The notes: generated from the sequence alone by a model not told the origin. A stretch of DNA of 64,000 nt from Betaproteobacteria bacterium (GCA_031389685.1 JANMSV010000211.1:2263-66262), one strand, 5' to 3'; positions 1-10,169 are shown, counted from the first letter of the stretch. A program made the numbers and translations.

Positions 1-1418
<1,418 letters not shown>

Positions 1419-1419
<1 letters not shown>

Positions 1420-1841
1420 TGGCCGCCGCCACCATCCACGTCGACGTCGTCAGCGCCGAAGCCTCGATCTACTCGGGCGAGGCGGAATTCGTCGTATTGC
1501 CCGGCGAAGCGGGCGTGCTCGGCATCTATCCGCGCCACACGCCGCTCATCACGCGCATCAAGCCGGGCACGGTGGAGATCACACCGGCTGGGGGCGGCGA
1601 GAAGCAACTGATTTTCGTCGCCGGCGGCATCCTGGAGGTTCAGCCCAAGGTGATCACGGTCCTTGCCGACACGGCGATCCGCGGGGCGGACCTCGACGAG
1701 GCGAAGGCCAACGAGGCTCTGAAGAAAGCCGAGGAAGCGCGCGCCAAGGCCCAGGACAAGCAGGAAATCGCCGCCGTGGAAGGCGAACTGGCGATGCTCG
1801 CGGCGCAGCTCGCGGCGATCAGGAAGCTTCGAAAGCGCTAG
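1419..1841 (+). CDS. atpC: F0F1 ATP synthase subunit epsilon
   Basis: 140-aa ORF directly after atpD. N-terminus [38 protein letters not shown] is typical of F1 epsilon, followed by a helical C-terminal half. Confidence 0.95.
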
Positions 1842-1886
1842 AAGAATCGAGCGCGGCTTGGGCCGCATCTTGTCCGTGGAGTCCGT

Positions 1887-3047
1887 GTGATCTATATCGA
1901 TTTCCCGCTTGGATCGGCACACGGCTGGGGCGTATGCGGCAAATATTGCACGCGCGAACTGGCTCGGCTGACGCCGACGCGGATGCTGGCGGAGCAATTT
2001 ACGCCGGAAATTGTCGGCGATGGTTTTGAATGGCATGAACTCGCGCAGTTTCTTTTTCCGCACGAACGGCTGGCCGGGTTCCCCCGTCAGGGGGAGGTGA
2101 CCCGGCTCGATGCCCCGTTGCTGGAATGCGTAGCAGGCAGGGAGATGCTGCCCGCGAGTCCTAGGGTTCGGGGAACACGCACGGTCGGCTACTCGTTTTT
2201 CGAGGACAACATCCTCAAGCCGGCCTGGATCGACAATGCGCGCCGCCATTTCGACTGGGTTGCCACCGGTTCAGCATGGTGCACGCGGCTTCTCAAAGAG
2301 CATGGACTGGAAAAGGTTTCGACCGTGGTCCAGGGCGTGGACCACAAAGTCTTCTTTCCGCGCCCGGACGACAGGGAATTCTTTCGTGACCGCTTCGTTG
2401 TGTTTTCGGGCGGCAAGTTCGAGCTGCGCAAGGCTCAGGACATCGTGATTCGGGCGTACAAGGTCCTGCAAGACCGGCACGCTGACGTCATGCTGGTCAA
2501 TTCCTGGTACAACCCTTGGACCTTCAGCGTGCAAACCATGCTGTCCACCAAGCTGATTCGGTTCAACCCTCCGGAGGCTTCGTACGTCGGCTTCGTCAAT
2601 GCCGTTCTGGCGGACAATGGGATCGATGTGACGCGGGTTGTCACCCTGTTGCCGCAGCCCAATCTGATGATGCCCCGCGTCTACGCCAACTGCGACGTGG
2701 GCTTGTTTCCAAACCGGTGCGAAGGCGGCACCAACCTGGTACTCATGGAATTCATGGCCAGTGGCAAACCGGTCGTGGCCTCCAATGTCACCGGCCACGC
2801 GGATGTATTGAATCCGCACAACGCGCTGCTGATTGAAGCGAAGCACACCACCGAGATCCGGAATCAGGCCGGCGAGCCGATCGCCGTATGGCCGGAGCCG
2901 GATTTGGACCAGACCATCGCCCAGCTCGAACATGCGTATCAGCATCGCGATGAGCTGCGAGCAGTTGGGGAGCGTGCCGGTCGGGATCTGGCATCCTGGT
3001 CCTGGGGCCGGACGGCTGAAGAGTTTCTGCGGCTACTGTCGGCGTAG
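1887..3047 (+). CDS. glycosyltransferase, GT-B fold (family 1/4-like)
   Basis: 386-aa ORF with GTG start. C-terminal half has the GT1/GT4 nucleotide-sugar binding pattern (FPNRCEGGTNLVLMEFMASGKPVVASNVTGHADVL). Hand count of 2461-2560 gives 56% G+C, well below neighbouring genes. Confidence 0.8.
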   Translation: MIYIDFPLGSAHGWGVCGKYCTRELARLTPTRMLAEQFTPEIVGDGFEWHELAQFLFPHERLAGFPRQGEVTRLDAPLLECVAGREMLPASPRVRGTRTVGYSFFEDNILKPAWIDNARRHFDWVATGSAWCTRLLKEHGLEKVSTVVQGVDHKVFFPRPDDREFFRDRFVVFSGGKFELRKAQDIVIRAYKVLQDRHADVMLVNSWYNPWTFSVQTMLSTKLIRFNPPEASYVGFVNAVLADNGIDVTRVVTLLPQPNLMMPRVYANCDVGLFPNRCEGGTNLVLMEFMASGKPVVASNVTGHADVLNPHNALLIEAKHTTEIRNQAGEPIAVWPEPDLDQTIAQLEHAYQHRDELRAVGERAGRDLASWSWGRTAEEFLRLLSA

Positions 3048-3156
3048 CGCCCTGGGCGCGCCAAGGCGCAGGGCAAGACGGATACGCGTTCGATGCCGGT
3101 CTTCGCTGGTGGCGCAGCATGGTGCGATCAGGCAGCTGCGCAAGAAGTAACGCGGA

Positions 3157-4950
3157 TCAGGCCCTTTCGATCAATTTTTTGAAATCGTCGTCGACGCCGA
3201 GCACGTAGCGCGCCAGGTCGTCAATCGCGCCCTTGAATGTTTCCGTGGCGAGGCGCACGGTGACGCGGCCGAAGCGCCGTACGTTGATCAGCTCGACAGT
3301 GGCGGTCGCCGCCTCGTAATCGCCCCGAATGTTGACCTCGCACGGCAGGAGTCCTGTGACGATGAACATCGCCGGGCGTTCCTTTCCCTCATGACGCGCC
3401 CGCTGCTGGAACGCGACGCTCAGCGACTTGAGGTACTGCTCGCAGCGGCCGATGTCTTCGCCCAGGAGCATAAACTTGGGCGGCTCGGCCGCCCGGACGC
3501 AATAACGGAGCTGGACCTGCGCGCAGAGCTCCTTACCCGCCGGCAGCTTGAGCGTGCGGTTGGTGACCGATGCCTGGGTGAGCGTCACCGAGGGCAGCTT
3601 GCCGACATAAATGAATTCGTAGGGTGCGCCCGCATGCGGTTCGTGCGTGTTCATTTCCTTGCTGAATTCGGTCAGGTACTGCAAGGCTGCGCGCATCGCG
3701 GCGTCGAGCGCCGCCATCGCCTTCGGTTTCGCGTCAGCCTGCGCCTTTCTGAAGGAAGCCTGTTGCCGCATGATTTCGACGGCTTCCATCCGGCGCGTGG
3801 TGGTCATCCATTTCGGGTCGCTCTCGGGCGCCGCGCGCTCGCCGCGCTCGAATGCCGCGCGTTTCTGCTCTTCGGCCGCGCCCCAGTCGAATAACGCCTG
3901 TTCCTTCTTGAGGCGCACCTCCTGTTCCGCGCGCAGGCGCTGAGTCTCTTGCGTCTCGATGCTCTTCGCGAACTGGTCGAGATCGTCGATCAGCTGGTTG
4001 CGCATCTTCTGCTCTTCCACCGCTGCCGCCGGGGACTGCAAGGTCGCCTGGGGTACCGTCTTGGCGAACTCGGTGCCGCCGCCCAGGCTGTGGTAGTTGC
4101 GCAGGTCGCTCGCAAACTCGCTGGCGCTCTGGTAGCGGTCCTGCGGTCGCTTGGCAAGCGCTCGATCCACGATGCGGTCGAATCCCGCCGGGATCTGCGG
4201 GTCGATCTGCCGCAGCGGCGGATGCGGCTCGCCGGCGATGCGCTGCATGAGGGCGAACACCGTGGTGTCGCCCGGCCATTCGAAAGGGTTGCGCCGGGCG
4301 AGCAGTTCGTAGAGCACCACGCCGAGGGAAAAGATGTCGGCGCGCGCATCGATCGCCTGGCCGAGCACCTGCTCGGGGGCCATGTAGCGCGGTGAGCCGA
4401 GCGCCGAGCCGGTCTGGGTCACGTTCGAGGCGGGAACGTAGGCGACCCCGAAATCGGTGAGCTTGGCGCGCCCCGAGGGCGCCACCACCACGTTGGCCGG
4501 CTTGACGTCGCGATGCACGATCGAGAACTGGTGCGCGTGGTGCAGCGCCTCGGCCACCTGGGCAGTGACGTCGGCGGCGACATGGAAGGGGATGCGCTGC
4601 GGATCCTTCAGCATCTGGTGCAACGAGCGCCCTTCGAGCAACTCCATCGCAATATAGGCGGTGTCGCCTTCCTGGCCGACGTCGAAAATCGTCACGATGT
4701 TGGGATGGCTCAGCCGTCCCGCGGAGCGCGCTTCACGCAGGAAGCGGATACGCACCTCCTCAATCACATCTTCCGGCAGGTCGGGAAGCAGCGTCTTGAG
4801 GGCGACCTCGCGCTCGATGATTGGATCGACGGCGCGATACACAGCCCCCATGGCCCCGCGGCCAAGCTCTCCCAGGATGCGGTACCGCCCGAGCATTTTT
4901 TGTCCCACTGTCCGGCCGTCCTCCTCGTCCCAGGCGCCCATGATGCCCAT
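3157..4950 (-). CDS. Hanks-type serine/threonine protein kinase with uncharacterised C-terminal region
   Basis: GRGAMGAVY glycine loop, VALK, HRDVKPAN, DFG and APE motifs in the first ~285 aa. The remaining ~300 aa are unassigned and have no TM segment. Alternative start ATG 4896 (MLGRYRI) is preceded by GGGA. Confidence 0.85.
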   Translation of the reverse strand: MGIMGAWDEEDGRTVGQKMLGRYRILGELGRGAMGAVYRAVDPIIEREVALKTLLPDLPEDVIEEVRIRFLREARSAGRLSHPNIVTIFDVGQEGDTAYIAMELLEGRSLHQMLKDPQRIPFHVAADVTAQVAEALHHAHQFSIVHRDVKPANVVVAPSGRAKLTDFGVAYVPASNVTQTGSALGSPRYMAPEQVLGQAIDARADIFSLGVVLYELLARRNPFEWPGDTTVFALMQRIAGEPHPPLRQIDPQIPAGFDRIVDRALAKRPQDRYQSASEFASDLRNYHSLGGGTEFAKTVPQATLQSPAAAVEEQKMRNQLIDDLDQFAKSIETQETQRLRAEQEVRLKKEQALFDWGAAEEQKRAAFERGERAAPESDPKWMTTTRRMEAVEIMRQQASFRKAQADAKPKAMAALDAAMRAALQYLTEFSKEMNTHEPHAGAPYEFIYVGKLPSVTLTQASVTNRTLKLPAGKELCAQVQLRYCVRAAEPPKFMLLGEDIGRCEQYLKSLSVAFQQRARHEGKERPAMFIVTGLLPCEVNIRGDYEAATATVELINVRRFGRVTVRLATETFKGAIDDLARYVLGVDDDFKKLIERA

Positions 4951-5049
4951 TAGCCGGTTGAAATGCTATGCGCCGGGTGTCAATGCACGCAGGGCGAAGC
5001 GCCGCCCATGCCGAAGCAGGCGAGCGGGGAGGGCGGCCAGAGGAGGAGG

Positions 5050-5712
5050 CTAGCCCCGCGTCCCGCGCTCGCCGCCGCGGTTCTTGAATTCGTACGCGAA
5101 CACCACATAGCGCTGCGGGCCACCGGCGCGCAGCGCGTCGAACGGAAAGCAGGTGACCAGAGTCAGCCGGTCGGGTCCTTCCTGCTTCGCCACCCAGACG
5201 TCGCGCCGGTCCAGCACGTTGGCATCGCGCACGAGGTATGCGACCCGCCTGCCATCCGCACGCTCGATCTCGAGCGCGTCACCGGGTTTGAGGTGGCGCA
5301 GAAACGCGAGATGGGTATCGCGGTGCCCGCCGATCACGCTGTTGCCGGTTTCGCCCGGCACCGGAGTGCCGGAGACGTGGCCCGGACCGAAGGCCATCGC
5401 GCTGCCGTCGGCGCCTGCAAGGACATAGCGCTCGATTCCCAATGCTGGCGCGGAAAGACGCGCCACCGGCCAGGTATCGGCCCAGGGCCAGGGCTTGACT
5501 TGCTTTTCGCCTTTGAGCGTGCGCGACCAGGCGTGCGCGATGAGTTCCTGCGCGAGCCACGCCTTGGCCTGTATCCAGGCGCCGCGGCCGAACTGCAGGA
5601 CGCCAATCAAAAGCAACGCCAGCGCCAGGTATTTCAAGGGCCAGGCAGCGCGCGGCTGGACCTGCGCCTCCGGCCAGGCGCATTCCGCGCCCCATGCGAG
5701 ATCGGGCTTCAC
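5050..5712 (-). CDS. sortase (Gram-negative / proteobacterial dedicated sortase type)
   Basis: TLVTC catalytic Cys motif, GGHRDTH His motif and an N-terminal membrane anchor (LKYLALALLLIGVL). GTG at 5712 forms a GTGA overlap with the stop of the relic sorting-signal frame. Alternative starts TTG 5724 and TTG 5637. Confidence 0.8.
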   Translation of the reverse strand: MKPDLAWGAECAWPEAQVQPRAAWPLKYLALALLLIGVLQFGRGAWIQAKAWLAQELIAHAWSRTLKGEKQVKPWPWADTWPVARLSAPALGIERYVLAGADGSAMAFGPGHVSGTPVPGETGNSVIGGHRDTHLAFLRHLKPGDALEIERADGRRVAYLVRDANVLDRRDVWVAKQEGPDRLTLVTCFPFDALRAGGPQRYVVFAYEFKNRGGERGTRG

Positions 5713-6064
5713 GCCAGCCGCCAACGCCGCGGTGCGAGCAGCATCGCCAACGCGAGCAGCAGCATGAGGGCACCCGTCAGCATCGCGTAACGGCTGTCAG
5801 TCGCGCCCTGGCGAGCATCCCGGAGACGCGGAATGAGACGTCGGTGGACAGCAGCGGCGCGCTCGGCGCCTGCTTGCCATCGAGGGACCTGAGCAGCAGC
5901 GCACCGTGCTGTGTTTCGGAGGCGTGGGCGCGGCCGGCAAGAAGGAGGACGGCGGCGACCAGGACAATTGCCGTGGCGAGCGCAACCGAGGCAGCGAGCG
6001 CGACGAACGCGACCAGGTCCAGGGCGACGATGCGGGCGTTGGCGGGGCGCGTTTCGGTTTGCAT
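5709..6064 (-). pseudogene. remnant of the sortase target gene (N-terminal stump plus out-of-frame C-terminal sorting signal)
   Basis: ORF 5777..6064 (ATG at 6064, 95 codons) encodes a membrane/signal segment, then GALLLRSLDGKQAPSAPLLSTDVSFRVSGMLARARLT, then TGA. A second frame, 5709..5783, reads MLTGALMLLLALAMLLAPRRWRLA*, i.e. TG + hydrophobic stretch + basic tail. Its stop overlaps the sortase GTG. Confidence 0.55.
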
Positions 6065-6222
6065 GGGAGTGATGTCCTCGGCGGTGGCGTGGCTGCCAGG
6101 ACTGCATTGAAAGGCGCGGCACGGGCCGCGCGCGGTCCGGGTGATGGACAGGCGGCGAAGAATTCTGGCAATCCCGTGGCAGGCCCCGCCGCGGCTGCGG
6201 CGATGGGCTATAGTCGACCGCC

Positions 6223-6912
6223 ATGTCCCGCCGCATCGCCATCGTCGAGGACGATCCGGCCATTCGCGCCAATTACAGCGAAGCACTGCGCAAGCACGGT
6301 TTCGAGGTAAGCGCGTACAGCGGACGTGCGCAGGCCCTGGCGGCGCTGCGTTCGCGCTTGCCGGACCTTGCGATCATCGACATCGGGCTGGGCAGCGACG
6401 CCGACGCCGGATTCGCCCTGTGCCGCGAGTTGCGTGCACTTTCCGCCACGCTGCCGATCATTTTCCTTACTGCGCGGGACAGCGACTTCGACGTGGTTTC
6501 CGGACTGCGCCTGGGCGCGGACGACTACCTCACCAAGGACATCAGCCTGCCGCACCTGTTGGCGCGCATCGGCGCGCTGTTCCGCCGCGCCGAGTTCTCG
6601 CACGAGGCACAGTCGGCCGAGGAAGTGCTCGAGCGCGGCGCGCTGCGAGTAGATCTCAAGCGCTTCGCGGTCACGTGGAGCGGCAATCCCGTGCCCCTGA
6701 CGCTGACCGAGTTCTGGATGGTGCACGCCCTTGCCCGGCATCCGGGCCACGTCAAGAGCCGGGAGCAATTGATGCGCGAGGCCAACCTGGTGGTCGACGA
6801 TGGCACCGTGACCTCGCACATGAAGCGCATCCGCCACAAGTTTCAGGGCATCGACGCGCAGTTCGCGCACCTCGAGACCGCATACGGCATGGGTTACCGT
6901 TGGAAGGAGTGA
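6223..6912 (+). CDS. OmpR-family response regulator (sortase-system associated)
   Basis: Receiver domain (IAIVEDDP, phospho-acceptor context LAIIDIGL) plus winged-helix C-terminus (GYRW). Divergent from the sortase locus. Confidence 0.9.
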   Translation: MSRRIAIVEDDPAIRANYSEALRKHGFEVSAYSGRAQALAALRSRLPDLAIIDIGLGSDADAGFALCRELRALSATLPIIFLTARDSDFDVVSGLRLGADDYLTKDISLPHLLARIGALFRRAEFSHEAQSAEEVLERGALRVDLKRFAVTWSGNPVPLTLTEFWMVHALARHPGHVKSREQLMREANLVVDDGTVTSHMKRIRHKFQGIDAQFAHLETAYGMGYRWKE

Positions 6913-8564
6913 GGCGACGCTTCGCGTTCGGGTTGCGCGCACAACTGGTGTTGATGGCGCTGGCATTGTTCGCCCTGCCTTGGGCGGGCGTGGCCTATGT
7001 CAACGAGCTGGAGCGCGTACTGCTCGAGGGGCAGGAGCGCGCCCTGATGGGCACGGCGCGCGCGGTCGCCACCGCGCTGCACGGCCGGCCGCAGCTCCTG
7101 GTCGCGGTGCCGGCACGCGACGATGCCTTGCGCCGCGAAGCGGAACTGGAACTGCAGCGCCTCGCCGAGAGCGAAGGCCGATTGCCCGACGCCGCCGCTG
7201 CGCAACCGCTGGTGCGCGAGTCCGAGTTGGCTGCGCACGCGGCGCAGGCCGAGATCGCCGCCATTCTGCGCGGCCTGCAGCGCGCCGAGTCGCGCATCTG
7301 GGTGGTGAACCGCCGCTACCAGGTGCTCGCCCTGGAGGGTAGCTTGCGCCGCGCGCCGCCGCAGGCAAGTGCAGAGGACGGGTTTGGCCTTGCGGCGTGG
7401 CGGCGCCTCGCAGGCTGGCTGATCCAGCGCCCCAGCGAGGATTTCGCCGAGTCGATGCCGGACGACGTGCTTGCCACGGGGCGGTACATTGCTGCGGCGC
7501 TGCAGGGTACGCCGGCGACGCGCACGCGGCTCACGCCCGACAGCCGCGCGGTGGTGATGTCTGCCGCGCACCCCGTGTGGAACCGGGACGAGGTGGCGGG
7601 TGCCGTGGTGGTCGAGGAGACCACGAACCCGGTTGCCAGCCTGCGCAGCGCGGCGCTCGAGCGTTTGCTCATGCTCACGCTGGCGGCATTTGGAGGCGCG
7701 GCGCTCCTGCTGATCGCCTACGCGTCCTGGCTTTCTTATCGCATCCGGCGCCTGCGCGACGAAGCCGAACACGCGATCGACGCGCGCGGCAGGTTGGCGC
7801 AACTGAGCGCCGGCTCGGACGCGGGCGATGAGATCGGCGACCTGTCGCGCAGCTTTTCCGCCATGCTGGCCAAGCTCGCGCAGTACCACGCCTATCTGGA
7901 GAGCATGGCGGGAAGGCTGTCGCACGAATTGCGCACGCCGATTGCGGTGGTGCGCTCGTCGCTGGAGAATTTGAAGCTGGCGACCTCCGCCGAGGAAACG
8001 CGCACCTATGTCGCGCGCGCCGAGGACGGTCTGTCCCGCCTGAACACTATTCTGCAGCGCATGACCGAGGCGACGCGCCTCGAGCAGGGTCTGCGCACCG
8101 CGGAAAGCGAGCGCTACGACCTTTCGGCCCTGGTGCGCGGATGTGTGGAGGGCTACCGGCTGGCCTATGCCGCCACCCCGTTGCTGCTGGAGCTTCCCGG
8201 CCGCGCACTCGAGGTCCGGGGTTCCGCGGACCTGGGCGCGCAACTGCTCGACAAGCTGGTCGAGAACGCGGTCGAGTTTTCGCCGGGCGGCGAGGCGGTG
8301 CGCATCGTGCTGCAGGAACGCAATGCCCAGGCGCTGCTGAGCGTGGAGAACAAGGGACCTCTGCTGCCTGCGGCGATGCGCGGCCGGCTGTTCGAGTCCA
8401 TGGTCTCGGTGCGCGAGGTGCCCGCTGGCGGTGCACCGCATCTGGGGCTGGGACTTTATGTCGCGCGCCTGATCGCCGAGTTTCACGGCGGCTCGATCGA
8501 GGCGGCCGATCTCGATTCCCGCGACGGCGTTGCGCTGCGCGTGCGGCTGCCGCTGGCGCGATAG
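6909..8564 (+). CDS. sensor histidine kinase (sortase-system associated)
   Basis: GTG 6909 overlaps the RR stop (GTGA). Has N-terminal TM, periplasmic region and second TM, H-box SHELRTPIAVV, N-box LDKLVENAVEF and G-box GLGLYVARLI. The listed ORF from 6141 is an upstream frame extension over the RR gene. Confidence 0.9.
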   Translation: MRRRFAFGLRAQLVLMALALFALPWAGVAYVNELERVLLEGQERALMGTARAVATALHGRPQLLVAVPARDDALRREAELELQRLAESEGRLPDAAAAQPLVRESELAAHAAQAEIAAILRGLQRAESRIWVVNRRYQVLALEGSLRRAPPQASAEDGFGLAAWRRLAGWLIQRPSEDFAESMPDDVLATGRYIAAALQGTPATRTRLTPDSRAVVMSAAHPVWNRDEVAGAVVVEETTNPVASLRSAALERLLMLTLAAFGGAALLLIAYASWLSYRIRRLRDEAEHAIDARGRLAQLSAGSDAGDEIGDLSRSFSAMLAKLAQYHAYLESMAGRLSHELRTPIAVVRSSLENLKLATSAEETRTYVARAEDGLSRLNTILQRMTEATRLEQGLRTAESERYDLSALVRGCVEGYRLAYAATPLLLELPGRALEVRGSADLGAQLLDKLVENAVEFSPGGEAVRIVLQERNAQALLSVENKGPLLPAAMRGRLFESMVSVREVPAGGAPHLGLGLYVARLIAEFHGGSIEAADLDSRDGVALRVRLPLAR

Positions 8565-8577
8565 AATCGCGCCCTCC

Positions 8578-9360
8578 ATGAAGCCGCTAGCCGAGTTGCG
8601 CGGCGCACAGCACTTGCGCGGCCTGCTGTTCGATATCGACGACACCTTGACCACCGAAGGTCGGCTGACCGCGCAGGCCTACGCTGCGCTCGAGAGGCTG
8701 AAGCGGGCGGGACGCATCGTGGTTGCAGTGACCGGGCGTCCCGCCGGCTGGTGCGACCACATTGCGCGCATGTGGCCGGTGGATGCGGTGGTGGGTGAGA
8801 ACGGCGCGTTCTATTTCGGCCACGAGAACGGCAAGTTGCGCAAGCGCTTTCACGACCCGGAGCCGGTGCGCGCCGACAAGCGTGCGCGCCTCGCGGCGAT
8901 CGCGCAGCGCATCCTCGCAACCGTGCCGGGCTGCGCGCTGGCGTCGGACCAGGCCTACCGCGAAGCCGATCTGGCGATCGACTACTGCGAGGACGTGGCG
9001 CCCCTGCCGCTCGAAGCGGCGGAGCGCATCGCCGCGCTGATGCGCGCCGCGGGGCTCAACGCGAAGATCAGCTCGATCCACGTCAACGGCTGGTTCGGCG
9101 GCTACGACAAGCTGGCGATGAGCAGGGCCCTGTTCGCCGAGAGGTTTGCCACCGACCTCGACGCGGCGAATGCGCAATACGCCTACGCCGGCGACTCGCC
9201 CAACGACGCGCCGATGTTCAGCTATTTCGTGAACTCCGTCGGGGTGGCGAATATCGCGCGCTTCTCGGCACACCTGGCCGCTGCGCCGAAATATGTGACC
9301 CGGAACGAATCCGGAGCAGGCTTCGCCGAACTGGTCGCGCACCTGCTCGGGGAGCGTTAG
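8578..9360 (+). CDS. HAD-superfamily (IIB-like) hydrolase/phosphatase
   Basis: Motif I LLFDIDDTLT, motif II VTGRP, C-terminal GDSPNDAPMF. The ATG at 8578 follows the HK stop by 13 nt. Confidence 0.8.
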   Translation: MKPLAELRGAQHLRGLLFDIDDTLTTEGRLTAQAYAALERLKRAGRIVVAVTGRPAGWCDHIARMWPVDAVVGENGAFYFGHENGKLRKRFHDPEPVRADKRARLAAIAQRILATVPGCALASDQAYREADLAIDYCEDVAPLPLEAAERIAALMRAAGLNAKISSIHVNGWFGGYDKLAMSRALFAERFATDLDAANAQYAYAGDSPNDAPMFSYFVNSVGVANIARFSAHLAAAPKYVTRNESGAGFAELVAHLLGER

Positions 9361-10154
9361 TGGACTGGTGGTGGGCTTACCTCGCCATCGGCCTGGCGGT
9401 GGGATTCCTCGCGGGGCTGCTCGGCATCGGCGGCGGCATGGTGATGGTGCCGATGCTGGTGTTCGTGTTCACCGCCAAGGGCTTCCCGGTCGAGCACATG
9501 ATGCATCTTGCGCTCGCCACCGCACTGGCGACGATCGCCTTCACTTCACTCTCGAGCGTGCGCGCGCATCACCGCCACGGCGGCGTGGACTGGGCGGTGG
9601 CGCGCACCATGGCCCCCGGCATACTCGCCGGTTCGCTCGCGGCGGCGCTCGCCGCCGGATTCATTCCGACCCGCCCGCTGGCCATTTTCTTCACTGGCTT
9701 CATGTTTTACGCGGCAGCGCAGATGTTCGTAGAGATCAAGCCTCGCGCCGGGCGCCAATTGCCCGGACGCGCAGGTTTGTTCGCGGCAGGTGCGGGCATC
9801 GGCGCCATTTCCAGCGTGCTCGCCGCGGGCGGTGCGTTCCTGTCGATCCCGTTCCTCGCCTGGTGCAACCTGCCGCTCAAGCGCGCCATCGGCACCGCGG
9901 CGGCGAACGGCTTTCCGATAGCGGTCGCGGGCACCGTCGGCTACGTACTGCAGGGGTCGCGAGCGCCCGACCTGCCGCAGTGGAGCCTGGGCTACGTTTA
10001 CCTGCCGGCGCTGCTGCTGATCGTCGCAGCCAGCATGCCGATGGCGCCGCTCGGCGCGCGCCTTGCGCACCGGCTGCCGGTGAAGCGCCTGCGGGTGGTG
10101 TTCGCGCTGATGCTGTTCGCGCTCGGGCTGCGCATGCTGGCAAACTTGTGGTGA
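9360..10154 (+). CDS. TauE/SafE family sulfite/anion exporter membrane protein
   Basis: Polytopic membrane ORF with LLGIGGGMVMVP near the N-terminus and the internal repeat typical of TauE/SafE. GTG start overlaps the HAD TAG stop. Confidence 0.85.
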   Translation: MDWWWAYLAIGLAVGFLAGLLGIGGGMVMVPMLVFVFTAKGFPVEHMMHLALATALATIAFTSLSSVRAHHRHGGVDWAVARTMAPGILAGSLAAALAAGFIPTRPLAIFFTGFMFYAAAQMFVEIKPRAGRQLPGRAGLFAAGAGIGAISSVLAAGGAFLSIPFLAWCNLPLKRAIGTAAANGFPIAVAGTVGYVLQGSRAPDLPQWSLGYVYLPALLLIVAASMPMAPLGARLAHRLPVKRLRVVFALMLFALGLRMLANLW

Positions 10155-10169
10155 TCAGGGAGGAATGAC

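Noticed and set aside
1853-1866. Hairpin GCGGC-ttgg-GCCGC after atpC as the atp operon terminator.
   Set aside because: The stem is only 5 bp and there is no U-tract, which is too weak to call. The glycosyltransferase may be read through from the atp operon.
6166-6181. Sigma-54-like element TGGCAATCCCGTGGCA (GG-N10-GC) upstream of the response regulator.
   Set aside because: The spacing is correct, but the -12 box has TGGC instead of TTGC, no enhancer-binding protein gene is nearby, and GG-N10-GC matches arise by chance in GC-rich DNA. It could be revisited with TSS data.
6141-6908. Upstream 256-codon extension of the histidine kinase ORF, which would give an 807-aa protein.
   Set aside because: The extension overlaps the entire response-regulator gene in another frame and is Arg/Pro-rich. 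The GTG at 6909 gives the classic GTGA coupling and a sensible TM-first N-terminus.
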